A stretch of DNA of 64,000 nt from a phage, in the NCBI GenBank assembly GCA_024672315.1, contig GCA_024672315.1_4714.1. The stretch is one strand, 5' to 3'. The position numbers were made by a program, and so were the translations under genes. Under the pieces are notes generated by a model. The model made no database searches and was not told where the DNA came from. It saw only the letters and a list, made by a program, of their open reading frames with translations. Shown here piece by piece: positions 26,434-36,879 of the stretch; position 1 is the stretch's first letter; each line of letters opens with the position of its first letter.

Positions 26434-27714
26434 ATGTATACATTGGTAAAAACTTACGGATTACCCGTAGGTTCTGGCACGGCCTGGACAGCGCTTGAGG
26501 CGGGTGAAAGTGTCCTGAGTACGTTGTTCTCAACGTATCAAAAACTCAAGATCCAGGTCCATGAAAGCTATGCTGACCAGCAACAAGTTATTGATCTGTA
26601 CACATTTCAATCCGAGCTTCAAAACAGCAGTGATACGCTCAATGCGTGGTTGAAAGCGAAATCGGATGCGCATACCAACCTTCGCGGACAGCCTGGTGAG
26701 CTGTCGATTAAAACCCACAAGCTTTATTGTCATGACGCTATTACGGTAGGCTTTCTCCCTAAAGTCGGTAATAGCGGTTATCATCCGAGCAACGCGATCC
26801 CTGAGTCGGAACGCACCGATATCCTGTTGACGAAAGCGAATACGAATTACGAAAATATCGGCAAACATTGTTTGTTCACCGTAGGTGGTTATGTCCATCC
26901 TCACGTTTACGGTAAAGACGTTGGTGTCTATATCCAAGGTGGGTTCAAGACAGCACAGCGTGGCCAAGAAAACGATATCGGCATGATTGATTTTAGCCGT
27001 ATTGGGAGTTTGGAAATCCATGCTATCACAGAAGAGATGATTGCTGATTCCACGAAGCTCTTGCCGTATAAGGACGAGATGTACTTGCGGTTACCGCGCA
27101 AGGTCGCCGAAGATGAAACCGTCGCGCTGGTGTTCGGGGGATATTTACATCTTCTTGACGATTGTTACACGATCGTTAGCGACACGACAGCGAAAATAAA
27201 CTGCATTAACATGTTTCTCTATGAACGATACTTCCGCTCCCGCAAATACCTCGATCTAACATCTCTTGGTATTCTGTTGAACGAAGAAGACCCACAGTCC
27301 GACATTGTTGCCAATCGTTTATTGTCAGATAAAGCATTAAAAGCGTGGGTGACACATCCTTGCAGTTTCTGGGTGTATATCAAAGCAACATCAATTCAGG
27401 TTACGCAAGAACCTTTACCACGAAGTGGTGTACCAGGACAATATTTCTTAGGTAAGAAACCGGAAGGATTGATTCGAGCCGATCTTGGTGAGTTACCGGC
27501 TTACGTACAGACCTATGAAAAACCGTTATGGGTACTTCACTCGCGCTGGGGACTTCGTAAGAACATGTTGTTTGAAAACACATTGTACAAACATACCCGC
27601 GTTAAGCGGCTTAACGATACGCCTTATCTTCACCAGGTCTGGTTGGAAACGCATGCGACGTTGCAGACAGTACACAAGCTCGAATTGATCGATTCCAGTC
27701 AGAAAAACAAATAA
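26434..27714 (+). CDS. hypothetical protein
   Basis: 426 aa; plus-strand gene between tail-fibre cluster and paralog cluster; ends at hairpin H4. Confidence 0.55.
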   Translation: MYTLVKTYGLPVGSGTAWTALEAGESVLSTLFSTYQKLKIQVHESYADQQQVIDLYTFQSELQNSSDTLNAWLKAKSDAHTNLRGQPGELSIKTHKLYCHDAITVGFLPKVGNSGYHPSNAIPESERTDILLTKANTNYENIGKHCLFTVGGYVHPHVYGKDVGVYIQGGFKTAQRGQENDIGMIDFSRIGSLEIHAITEEMIADSTKLLPYKDEMYLRLPRKVAEDETVALVFGGYLHLLDDCYTIVSDTTAKINCINMFLYERYFRSRKYLDLTSLGILLNEEDPQSDIVANRLLSDKALKAWVTHPCSFWVYIKATSIQVTQEPLPRSGVPGQYFLGKKPEGLIRADLGELPAYVQTYEKPLWVLHSRWGLRKNMLFENTLYKHTRVKRLNDTPYLHQVWLETHATLQTVHKLELIDSSQKNK

Positions 27715-27724
27715 CCAAACATAA

Positions 27725-27756
27725 CCCTCCTCCAACCCGTCAGGGAAGGAGGAGGG
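27725..27756. terminator. CCTCC-family hairpin H4 at convergent junction
   Basis: CCCTCCTCC-AA-CCC-GTCA-GGG-AA-GGAGGAGGG between stops at 27714 (+) and 27766 (-). Confidence 0.6.
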
Positions 27757-27765
27757 AATATGCTG

Positions 27766-28671
27766 TTATGCCACGTATAGCGTTAGATAACCATCGATGA
27801 GCGTATTCATCACACTGAGTTGAAGTACGACAGCTTTACTAACATCCGTACGTACACCGAACGGTAGTGTTTTGAATTGCTCTGGATCGGCTATTACTTG
27901 CGCATTCTGCAAGTTGAGCGGCCCAGGCATTGCTGACAATACCCAGCGATCGTTGACCATAAGGCCGTCGATCTCTTCAGAGAGACCCAATTGCAGCATG
28001 TTCATTTCTGCGATTAGTGCCTCCGATTGCGTATCACCTGAGGTTAACGTATAACCATCGGTAAGTGACGCCAGAACACCAGCAGATACGAACCAGTTGT
28101 ACGAAACAATAGCGCCTGGGAGTTTACTGCTATCTCGATCGATGATATAATTCAACCCAGCCAACATATTGTTGCGAACGAGGTTGTTGAGGTCATTATG
28201 TCCTGAAGTTAACTCGACAAGTAACTGACCAACCCATACTTGGTTACCGGGTTTAGGTGTTATCACAACCTGTATCGGTGACTTGGACTTATCCAGATCC
28301 GTGTCGACAATCTCGGTTTTGTTGAGAAGGATACCGTACGTCGATGCTAAGACAGGTAGGATCTCAGAGACCTTGGTTAGCGCATCTAAGGTTTCGATCT
28401 CGACGGGCCAGTGGTGCTGTCCGCCAGGCCAAGTACCCAGTTTACCAAGATCGATGCGGTTATAATAGATGTCGACAGAGTTCACCAGCCCTGAACCCGG
28501 CTGGGGATGCACGGTTAACTTGCTGTTACGCTTGTACCCTGTGCTTTCAGAAGCCTCACCGATAACCAGTTTATCCAGCGTTACGCCTCGAGCATCGAAA
28601 TCGCTATGCTTTCGAATCAGCCGAAAGAGGATTTCTTTCGATTCTAACCCCAGGATTTCACTGTACTCCAT
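27766..28671 (-). CDS. member of ~300-aa paralog family
   Basis: 301 aa; YYNRIDLGKL, STYGILLN, VWVGQLLV blocks; AAGGGG RBS. Confidence 0.6.
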   Translation of the reverse strand: MEYSEILGLESKEILFRLIRKHSDFDARGVTLDKLVIGEASESTGYKRNSKLTVHPQPGSGLVNSVDIYYNRIDLGKLGTWPGGQHHWPVEIETLDALTKVSEILPVLASTYGILLNKTEIVDTDLDKSKSPIQVVITPKPGNQVWVGQLLVELTSGHNDLNNLVRNNMLAGLNYIIDRDSSKLPGAIVSYNWFVSAGVLASLTDGYTLTSGDTQSEALIAEMNMLQLGLSEEIDGLMVNDRWVLSAMPGPLNLQNAQVIADPEQFKTLPFGVRTDVSKAVVLQLSVMNTLIDGYLTLYVA

Positions 28672-28686
28672 TTAACACCCCTTAGG

Positions 28687-29571
28687 TTACGGTAGGATTT
28701 CTGCGCCCGTCGGGCCTGCCTTACGAGCTTCCAACGCACCAAGGTCGTATTTCAGTGTCAGCGTATCGTTGGTGGTAAATAGGTTGTGGTAAGTCGAAAT
28801 CAGATCGGTAACCTGCGCACCAACGATTTCGTTCATGTCGAAGGCCGAACCTTGACCATCATCAGCACGAACGATTTTATCGCCAGCAGAGACCATCCCA
28901 ATTTCAGAAATAACCGCGTACTCTTCACCACCTTCGGTGAGTTTAGCCACATTGAGATATTCGTTAATATCCCATGGCGTCCAAACCAAAGAGACTTTAC
29001 AGCTATAATCGTAGTACTCCCCGGTCGCTACCAGAATTCCGGTTGTTGGAATATCCGGTCGGGTGGGGTTGAGGTTCGCGTCGGTTGGATGCCATTCGAT
29101 GGTCTGAGCGACGCCGTCGACGTATTTGGTATAACGCATGGAGCGGACAACGTTATCGAAATCGATGCGACGACCGTAATAACAGATATACTTTTTACCG
29201 CTTTCCAGTGTCTCAATACGACGTAACCCAAATTTAGCGCGTTCGTCCGTGGTCAAGTCGTTACCAACCTCACGCATCACGAAAGGCTTGATTTTCCACG
29301 GTGAAAGATCGCTTGCTTCGTGAGCGATCGGCATCGAGGAAGGGATACCGTTAGCGTTGCGGATGAATTCATGACCCTGGTTGCCGATACAGAAGTAACG
29401 TACAGCAGGATTACCCTCGGGGTAAACCTTTGATTGAATCTGAAGCTTTTCATTCAAGGTGCTGTGTTCTTCCCATGCATGAGGAAGACCGAGCGTAAGG
29501 TTAGTTTGTACTTGACCGCCGATAATCGTACGGACGATACGATCGGTAGCACGGATTTGTGTAGAAGCCAT
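28687..29571 (-). CDS. hypothetical virion-type protein
   Basis: 294 aa, AGGAAA RBS; embedded in paralog cluster but lacks family motifs. Confidence 0.55.
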   Translation of the reverse strand: MASTQIRATDRIVRTIIGGQVQTNLTLGLPHAWEEHSTLNEKLQIQSKVYPEGNPAVRYFCIGNQGHEFIRNANGIPSSMPIAHEASDLSPWKIKPFVMREVGNDLTTDERAKFGLRRIETLESGKKYICYYGRRIDFDNVVRSMRYTKYVDGVAQTIEWHPTDANLNPTRPDIPTTGILVATGEYYDYSCKVSLVWTPWDINEYLNVAKLTEGGEEYAVISEIGMVSAGDKIVRADDGQGSAFDMNEIVGAQVTDLISTYHNLFTTNDTLTLKYDLGALEARKAGPTGAEILP

Positions 29572-29587
29572 GTCTTTTCCTATTTAA

Positions 29588-30439
29588 TCAGTTATATTGC
29601 ATCAACAGGATACCGCCGTAGTTCGTGCAGTAATCTTGGCTAAGCGTAACGATAACAGCGTTAGCGAACGCAGGGTTAACCGGATAACCCTGTGCGATAA
29701 GTTCTGTTGTTTTACCGGTTGCAAGCACAGTGGCTCCGTAAAGGTTGTTTTCGTCTTCACGGCCGTTATAAACCCACGGGATTGGCGCAACGTTGTTGAA
29801 TAAGCTAACCAGTGCGCTTAAGTTACCGCCAACTTTTAACCCAGCAAGATCGGAACGGATAGCCGTACAGTCTATAGCGTAACTGTAGACCAATGCCTGG
29901 ATACGATTTGCGGTGTAGTACGGGAAATTGAGACCGGTCATCACCGAAGTCTTCATCATCCCCGCAATATCGTGGGCACTATCGAGGAGATAGAACGTAA
30001 CACTTCCCGTCCAAGCCAATCCGGTTGTTTTCAATTCTACGGTGTGAGGGAACGGATATTCATCCCCTCGTACAATCGGAGAATCGACGCAGCTATCCTG
30101 ATCGATAACGATTCCGTACGTTGATTGAATCAGAGGGATAAGATCGTGCGTCGTTTTAACCCCAGCATCGATAGCAAGCTTCGGTTCCATTCCCAAGAAG
30201 AAGTCTTGGATAGGGATACGATCGTACCACACGTAGCTGCTTTCACGGTATTGTGCTGGCGTTACTGTTGCCGAAGGCGATACCTTAGCGCGTGTGTTCC
30301 GTTTATACGCATGGTTTCCGTTTTCAGCAGCATCCGTGATATCAATTGCATCGAAGTTAAAGTCGAAGTCAGGATTGGCCGCCTGAATAAGTTCAGCGAC
30401 CAGTACTTTAGGACTTTTGTTTAACAATTTCTGACTCAT
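29588..30439 (-). CDS. member of ~300-aa paralog family
   Basis: 283 aa; VWYDRIPIQDFF, STYGIVID, LAWTGSV blocks; AAGGAA RBS. Confidence 0.6.
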   Translation of the reverse strand: MSQKLLNKSPKVLVAELIQAANPDFDFNFDAIDITDAAENGNHAYKRNTRAKVSPSATVTPAQYRESSYVWYDRIPIQDFFLGMEPKLAIDAGVKTTHDLIPLIQSTYGIVIDQDSCVDSPIVRGDEYPFPHTVELKTTGLAWTGSVTFYLLDSAHDIAGMMKTSVMTGLNFPYYTANRIQALVYSYAIDCTAIRSDLAGLKVGGNLSALVSLFNNVAPIPWVYNGREDENNLYGATVLATGKTTELIAQGYPVNPAFANAVIVTLSQDYCTNYGGILLMQYN

Positions 30440-30449
30440 TGTTTATTCC

Positions 30450-31385
30450 TTAGCCTTGTTCTTCTGGAGAACGACCCTGGAGGCTTGCGGTATGTCCGTC
30501 GACATTGTAATAGAAAATCAATGGACCGCCAACGGCAGTACAGTAGTTTTCATCCAGACTGATCTCGATACCGTATTGGTAACCTGCTCTTGCTGGAATA
30601 CGTCCGCCTAACTCACCGTTGAAAGCCACTTTAGCATTATACAGGTTATACGGTGCGGCGTTGTCGTCTAATACCCAACGATCGGTAGTCATTTCAGCCA
30701 GAAGATCGGCAACCACCACATCGCTAATAACGGTACCTGTTACCAGCGAAGCCAGTAGTTCACCGTAATCAGAAGTATCACGACTGTAACTGTAAATCTC
30801 GCCGCTAGCGCGTACGCCTTGACCGAAGAACTTAAGGCCGTCCAGCTCCTTGATCGCGATAATATCATCAAGATTCGGTACACGCGACTTCATCAAGATA
30901 CGAACGCTCCCCGTCCAAGCCAGGCAGTTAGATGCGACACGAAGCAATTGTCCGTTAACGGTATCCCAGTTAAGTTCGTCGTTGACGATTTCTTCCGCGG
31001 TAAGGCCAAGACCGAAACGTTCTTTGATGATAGGCCAGATTTCACGCATCTTGGTGGCGTCTGGCGCATCGATAAGAATAGGCGCTACGTTACGCAGATA
31101 CGCACCGATGTTAATACGATCGTAATACAGCGTCGTCGAACCTTCATAATCGTCTAACTCGGTAAGCTTAGCGGTTGCTGTCGCCGTAATCTGGGTGTCG
31201 CGCTCGTAGGCGCTTTGGTTAGTGGTTGGTGTTCCTAAAACCAATAATTCAGGGGTTAGAACATGCTCTCCGTTCTGAGGTGGGTTATCGTGGTTGATAA
31301 GACCATACACGAGATCGGATGAGGGTAAAGAGACGTCGACCGGGTAAAGTTCGGTGTCGTCAATAGTTGTTACCGTATCACTCAC
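30450..31385 (-). CDS. member of ~300-aa paralog family
   Basis: 311 aa; GTG start with strong GAGGAGG RBS; LYYDRINIGAYL, ERFGLGLT, LAWTGSV blocks. Confidence 0.6.
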   Translation of the reverse strand: MSDTVTTIDDTELYPVDVSLPSSDLVYGLINHDNPPQNGEHVLTPELLVLGTPTTNQSAYERDTQITATATAKLTELDDYEGSTTLYYDRINIGAYLRNVAPILIDAPDATKMREIWPIIKERFGLGLTAEEIVNDELNWDTVNGQLLRVASNCLAWTGSVRILMKSRVPNLDDIIAIKELDGLKFFGQGVRASGEIYSYSRDTSDYGELLASLVTGTVISDVVVADLLAEMTTDRWVLDDNAAPYNLYNAKVAFNGELGGRIPARAGYQYGIEISLDENYCTAVGGPLIFYYNVDGHTASLQGRSPEEQG

Positions 31386-31444
31386 GGTGACCTCCTCGCC
31401 GGGAATTAGATAAAAAAGACTTTACGATTTGCTGCGCTATCACG

Positions 31445-33856
31445 TTAAACGTCCTCGATAGGCAAAGGTTTAACAATCAAACGATTGAGCGGATTCGATA
31501 GACGCATACTGATAGGCTTATACGCAACACGATTCGTCTCACTTAGAGCCACTGATCTGAAACGACCGTTCAACTGTTTGTAAATCGGTTCTATCCAGAG
31601 ACCTCGAAGATCACGTTTACGGAAACGTTGTTCGAACGGTTTGATTGGGGTTACGGTTAACCCATGCAACGACTCTGATGGTAGACGTTCACGAAGGTCG
31701 CGTGGTGCCCGACCTGGGAACGGTGCAAGCCACAAACCATCGAGCGGATTTTTACGGAAACGCAACGAGACAGGATCGCTAATGACTTGTGCCCAATATT
31801 GCGTACTGAATCGAACGGTTTGGGTGTTCTCGTAACCACTACAATCACACCAGGTTGGTTTCGGAGGCGCTTCCAAACTTTCAACCGCCGATTCACGCCA
31901 GTTCGTCATCGGGTTGTTATCGTGTACAAATTTGATAACTTCCGTAGCCTGGTTATCCGTATCATGAACGTTTGCTTGCGCCCAGTCTTCCCACAGTTCT
32001 TCACTACCGCTTACTAAACTCGAGCCGAGACGGATGGCAATTTTGTTTAGCGGTTTGATTGGATCGCTGTTGATTGTCTGGATAAAATGGATGGTGTAAC
32101 TGCTCAATGTCTTAAGCAGCTGCAGCATTCCGTATTGAATATCCTTAAGACTGGTGACATCTTCCAAATCTTGACCGGTGGCCTTTGTGAAGATATCGAG
32201 AGCCAGAATTCCCGCCTCTTCTTGACTGATTGCGTCAAGCTCCCAATCCATCGATAAGAACCATTCCTTGTAAAGCTGCCCAATACCGAAGTCGACACCA
32301 ACATCCACGTAGAAGTTTTCAACGATTGCTTCAGCCATGCCTCGAGCTTGATAATGTTCCTGGAGCTGATACATGAACTGATGGCGACGCCAACCCTGGT
32401 AAATCTCGGTAACGGCGCTCAGAAACTCTTCAGTACTGACGACCGCACGCAGCGTCACTTGCTTATCCAAACACCACCAGATCAGTTTATCGGGAATGAT
32501 AGCAGGATCGGTAATGCTACGGAGATGGTCGAATGTCGGTAGCGTTAATACCCTGACGTGGTTAGCATGGATCTTAGGTACTTCAATCAGCGTCATGCCC
32601 ATCGAATAGTTCAGCAAATACAAGAACAGCTTGTATGCATCTTTCATCGACATCGTCATGGTATCACCCGTCACCGGGTTGGTTGTTGTCAACCGTGACT
32701 GATACATGCCTATCGCGCTAAGATGAATCCATTCGTTCAGTAGGAAATCATACTTAGGATACAGTTCACTGTCTGTAAGGTCTTCGGCTTCACTTTCCAA
32801 CACCTTGGTCGTTAAGGTATTGTTGTCGTGCATCGACATCTTCTCTATCGTGCGGTTAAGCTCGGTATAATACTCCGCTTCGTTATCCCGCGCTAGAGGG
32901 AACTGTTGTTGCATCACGGTAGTGACCTTACGTCTTACCGTGCCATTACCGACGATCTCTTGAAGGTTAAGCGGTTTACGCTCCATGTAAACTGTGGGTT
33001 TTAACGTCTGAGGTATCTCGGAAGCGTCTTGTTTGATCGAGAACGCACCGATTGGAATCCCACGATCGGTTAATACCTTTTGAATGAGCTTATCGTAGTT
33101 TTCCGTTCTGCCCATGTTTCTTTCAATGTAAGCGATGTTACGATAGAACCAGAGCATTTGGGATTCGGTCATGTATCGCTTGAATCGATCAAGACCTTGA
33201 TGGCTTGCCAGATAACTCCAGATATGGAAGCTATGGGCATAATGGGTATGACAGTTTTCCCAACGAATACCTTTTATCATCTCAGGTATTTGTGTGAATA
33301 GGATGGCGTATAGCGCAGGCCAATGAAGCATATCGACGCTCTCATATGCCGGATGTTCCCAGCGTCTGAAGTAATCGTCGATTTCTTGCTGTAAACGTGG
33401 AATAAGATTGGCCTCGCGCGACTCAACCTCTTGTGTATCGTACCAGAGAATCTCATGATTGCGTGCCGCAATTGCTTTCTCGATATCGATGGGGTTAAGG
33501 ATACCCAAGATCAGCATACGCTGTTCCGGATACCGCGCAATTAAACGATTGAAATAATCTCCACCATACGCGTATTCCCTTGCTGTCATGCGATGCCGTA
33601 ACATGTTTTCCTTGGTGAACTCGATCTCTTCGAGCGTATCCAGGGAATTTACGGTCATCATTGTCTGACAAGGATGATACTCGCCAGCGAGATTCATGTA
33701 GTATAACCACGTGCGTGGGTCGTCCCCGACGGTCATCTGGTAGACTTCGGAAACCTTGAGGTTTAACCGTTCTGCCGTGATGTCGCTTTTAATAATCAGG
33801 GTGTCCGTTAGACGCTGCACGCTTTCCGAATAAAGCTGATAGTCAGTGTTGGACAC
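31445..33856 (-). CDS. large hypothetical protein with C-terminal short repeats
   Basis: Start placed at GTG 33856 with GGAGGA RBS (track start 33925 is TTG and overlaps divergent gene); C-terminal repeats RKNPLDGLWLAPF / RKRDLRGLWIEPI. Confidence 0.5.
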   Translation of the reverse strand: MSNTDYQLYSESVQRLTDTLIIKSDITAERLNLKVSEVYQMTVGDDPRTWLYYMNLAGEYHPCQTMMTVNSLDTLEEIEFTKENMLRHRMTAREYAYGGDYFNRLIARYPEQRMLILGILNPIDIEKAIAARNHEILWYDTQEVESREANLIPRLQQEIDDYFRRWEHPAYESVDMLHWPALYAILFTQIPEMIKGIRWENCHTHYAHSFHIWSYLASHQGLDRFKRYMTESQMLWFYRNIAYIERNMGRTENYDKLIQKVLTDRGIPIGAFSIKQDASEIPQTLKPTVYMERKPLNLQEIVGNGTVRRKVTTVMQQQFPLARDNEAEYYTELNRTIEKMSMHDNNTLTTKVLESEAEDLTDSELYPKYDFLLNEWIHLSAIGMYQSRLTTTNPVTGDTMTMSMKDAYKLFLYLLNYSMGMTLIEVPKIHANHVRVLTLPTFDHLRSITDPAIIPDKLIWWCLDKQVTLRAVVSTEEFLSAVTEIYQGWRRHQFMYQLQEHYQARGMAEAIVENFYVDVGVDFGIGQLYKEWFLSMDWELDAISQEEAGILALDIFTKATGQDLEDVTSLKDIQYGMLQLLKTLSSYTIHFIQTINSDPIKPLNKIAIRLGSSLVSGSEELWEDWAQANVHDTDNQATEVIKFVHDNNPMTNWRESAVESLEAPPKPTWCDCSGYENTQTVRFSTQYWAQVISDPVSLRFRKNPLDGLWLAPFPGRAPRDLRERLPSESLHGLTVTPIKPFEQRFRKRDLRGLWIEPIYKQLNGRFRSVALSETNRVAYKPISMRLSNPLNRLIVKPLPIEDV

Positions 33857-33883
33857 GATCGGTCCTCCAAGGAGCCAGTGTAA

Positions 33884-36793
33884 ATGAACGATATAAATAA
33901 AGGGCGCGTCGCCCTCGAACGTCAAATGAGTAATAATGACGTTGCGAAGGCACTCATGAACAAATTTGTCGCTCCTGCTCCGCAGTCACGTCTTTATAAT
34001 ACACGTGATGCGGAAGGAGCGAACGGTCGTTTCGGGTTAGTTGTTCCCGACCAAATGACGATGAACACGGTTACGCGTGCGACCGCGACAAACATCGAGG
34101 ATAATAAAAACATCCTCGAGTTGTTCCCTGAACTTAAACGCGTGATGCAGATCTATGTTGCCGCGTTGACGAACCCTAACGATCTTAAGACGGTCGAGAT
34201 GTTTATCGACAGCGAAGATTTCCCCGGCAGAGTCGCAGAAATCGTTCAGCCGATGATCGATACCATCGACACGCATTTTAAGAATATCTATAAAATAAAG
34301 ACGCTTATCCCTCGTATCATCGAAGACGTCTTCTTTATCAAGGGCAGTTATAACTTCGTTGTTCTGCCAGAAAGCACGCTCGACCGCGCCATTAATGGTA
34401 ACGGTCAACTGAAACTTGAAGAATACGGATTTAAAGACAACCATTTTGCAAGTTGGGGGCTTCTAGGTAACGACAGTCGCAAACGCCACGAAAATCAATT
34501 ACCTGCGACGGTTTCGATGGAAGATTATTTCTCAGGCGTTAATGAAACCATACCGTACGATCCTGTTGTTCGCATAGACAGCATTAAGTTTACCAATACC
34601 CTGCTTCGTGATAAGGACGGTAAATTCATTGAAGCGAAGATCGATATTCCGGATATGGTTACGGTTGTCGATAACCCAGACATCCTCCGCATGCCTATTC
34701 TACATCAACGTCGAGCAGCGACCGCGGTACAACGTGCGTTACGTGCGAACACGTTAGGTGGTAGTGGTTTGGTAACACTGTCAGGTGATCCGACCCTAAC
34801 CGCTAACCGACGTGAGCTGTCGCAAGAACAGGTTAACGAGATTTGGAATAAACTCAACATCCAGCGTCACACCAAGGTATCTCCCGTTTACGCGTTGGCA
34901 ACCCCAGATACACTCGATCGTCAAAGCGTTGGTCATCCTGGCGTGATGCACGTACCACCTGAGGCATTAGAACCCGTACATGCACCAGGTGATCCGGAGA
35001 ACCATATCGGGTATTTAGTTCAGTTGGATGAGTTTGGTTATCCGGTGCGTTTGGTTGAAGACGCAGCGTATTACAAGCAGTTGGAAGGTCGATTGTCGAA
35101 GATCACCGCGGATATCGCAGGTACGTCAAGCAACGGCATGGCGAGCGAGATGATCGGCGCAGCCAAGAACATGATCCAAGGTACGTCATGTAATCAGGTA
35201 GACATGTCGGCCTTCGTATCGTCGTACGAATCGCTGATGCAACGTTACATTGTTGAACGTATCGTTAACGGCTATCTTGGCAGTGCGGTGGAAATCGGCG
35301 CGACATCATCGTTCTATTTGTCTATGCTTGCTCGTAGTCTCGCTCACAAGCAGACCCGTGTTTTGTTTATTCCTCGAGAGATGGTGACTTACATCGCCTA
35401 TGAATACAACAAATACGGTATCGGTCGTTCGCTGCTTGAAAGTACGAAAATGATCTCGTCGCAACGAGCCATGCTCATGGTTCAAGAACTGATGGCGAAA
35501 ATCAAAAGTTCGTTGAACTATACGACGTTAAGCGTAATGCTTGAAGACACCGACAGAAACCCGGTCGATACCGTCGAACAAGCACTACATAGTTTCGCTC
35601 GTGTCTACCAGTCTGGTTTCCCGTTGGGTGAAACTAACCCGATGGATATCATCAATGCGTACGAACGAAGCTCGATTCGATTGAAGGTTGAGGGGAATAA
35701 CCCACGCTTCCCGAAATTGAATACAGACGTCAGCGTTGAGCAGCGCAACTATCAGTCTCCTGATAATGAGCTGATGGATCGTTACCGTCGTGACCATTTC
35801 ATGGGCTTGGGCGTTTCTCCGGAGATTATCGATACTTCCTACCAATCTGAATTCGCAGCTTCTGTGATTACAGCTAACGCGATGCAGGAGAAACAGTTCA
35901 CGGTTTGTCGTGAGGTGATCACGAATGGGTTATCGGACCACATCAAGAAATACACGGCATACAGTCCCGTGTTGTTGACGTCGTTACGAAACACGGTTCG
36001 TGCGAACATGTCTAAGCTCTCCCAGGCACAATTGAAGCAGCTTTTTGGTAGCGATTTCGAAAACGGTGTTATCCGTAACGTTAACGCCTATCAGGAGATT
36101 GACGACCAATCAGCAACAATGGATCTGGATTACACTAAACCAGAAGTCCAGGAAGTTATTGCCGATGCTTATGTGTCCATGTTCTTAAACAGCCTGCGTG
36201 TGCGTTTACCGGATAGCAATGCTCGTCGCCTTGAAGATCAGGTACGTGAATATAATCAGTACAAGGAAGCGATTACTGCGCAACTTGATGATTATTTAAC
36301 GCCTGATTACGTCATGGGTCTGGGTGGGGTTGATGAAACAACGCTGCAGATGATTCGTGCATGCATTATTGGTACCGCGATGCGTACGTGGGCAAAAGAG
36401 AACAACTTCAATCAGGAGCTAGCTGATCTCTTCAGTCTTGACGATAAGAAGAATGCCGTGCAAGATTGGAAACGTATGTCCATGGAACATATTGAAGTCA
36501 TGGGTAAATGCATGGGTGATTTTGCATTGTATATTCAGAATCTGACGAAGAAGATTGAAGAGAAGATGGGCGCTCAAGCACAGGATGGTAGCGTTTCATC
36601 TGACGGTTCTTGGTCATCCGATTCAAGTAGCGATACCGGTTCTTCTGATGACTTCGGTGGCGGTGACGATTTCGGGGATACCGATTTCGATACCGAAACG
36701 ATGGAGGAAACCTCAACAGAAGAAACAACCACATCTGAGGATACGACGACCGACACAACGTCAGAAGACGATACTTCAGGTGATATTGTCTAA
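33884..36793 (+). CDS. large virion-type protein with acidic Ser/Thr/Asp/Glu-rich C-terminal tail (portal only a guess)
   Basis: 969 aa; ATG with AAGGAG RBS; last ~65 aa low complexity; followed by A-run and hairpin H5. Confidence 0.55.
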   Translation: MNDINKGRVALERQMSNNDVAKALMNKFVAPAPQSRLYNTRDAEGANGRFGLVVPDQMTMNTVTRATATNIEDNKNILELFPELKRVMQIYVAALTNPNDLKTVEMFIDSEDFPGRVAEIVQPMIDTIDTHFKNIYKIKTLIPRIIEDVFFIKGSYNFVVLPESTLDRAINGNGQLKLEEYGFKDNHFASWGLLGNDSRKRHENQLPATVSMEDYFSGVNETIPYDPVVRIDSIKFTNTLLRDKDGKFIEAKIDIPDMVTVVDNPDILRMPILHQRRAATAVQRALRANTLGGSGLVTLSGDPTLTANRRELSQEQVNEIWNKLNIQRHTKVSPVYALATPDTLDRQSVGHPGVMHVPPEALEPVHAPGDPENHIGYLVQLDEFGYPVRLVEDAAYYKQLEGRLSKITADIAGTSSNGMASEMIGAAKNMIQGTSCNQVDMSAFVSSYESLMQRYIVERIVNGYLGSAVEIGATSSFYLSMLARSLAHKQTRVLFIPREMVTYIAYEYNKYGIGRSLLESTKMISSQRAMLMVQELMAKIKSSLNYTTLSVMLEDTDRNPVDTVEQALHSFARVYQSGFPLGETNPMDIINAYERSSIRLKVEGNNPRFPKLNTDVSVEQRNYQSPDNELMDRYRRDHFMGLGVSPEIIDTSYQSEFAASVITANAMQEKQFTVCREVITNGLSDHIKKYTAYSPVLLTSLRNTVRANMSKLSQAQLKQLFGSDFENGVIRNVNAYQEIDDQSATMDLDYTKPEVQEVIADAYVSMFLNSLRVRLPDSNARRLEDQVREYNQYKEAITAQLDDYLTPDYVMGLGGVDETTLQMIRACIIGTAMRTWAKENNFNQELADLFSLDDKKNAVQDWKRMSMEHIEVMGKCMGDFALYIQNLTKKIEEKMGAQAQDGSVSSDGSWSSDSSSDTGSSDDFGGGDDFGDTDFDTETMEETSTEETTTSEDTTTDTTSEDDTSGDIV

Positions 36794-36827
36794 ACGGACG
36801 TAAAAAAAAAAAATAACACATAGTTAA

Positions 36828-36863
36828 CCTTCTCCCCAACCCGATGAGGGAAGGGGAGAAGGG
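36828..36863. terminator. CCTCC-family hairpin H5 at convergent junction
   Basis: CCTTCTCCCC-AA-CCC-GATGA-GGG-AA-GGGGAGAAGG; A12 run 14 nt upstream on plus strand. Confidence 0.6.
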
Positions 36864-36879
36864 CTATGCGCTATTTAAT

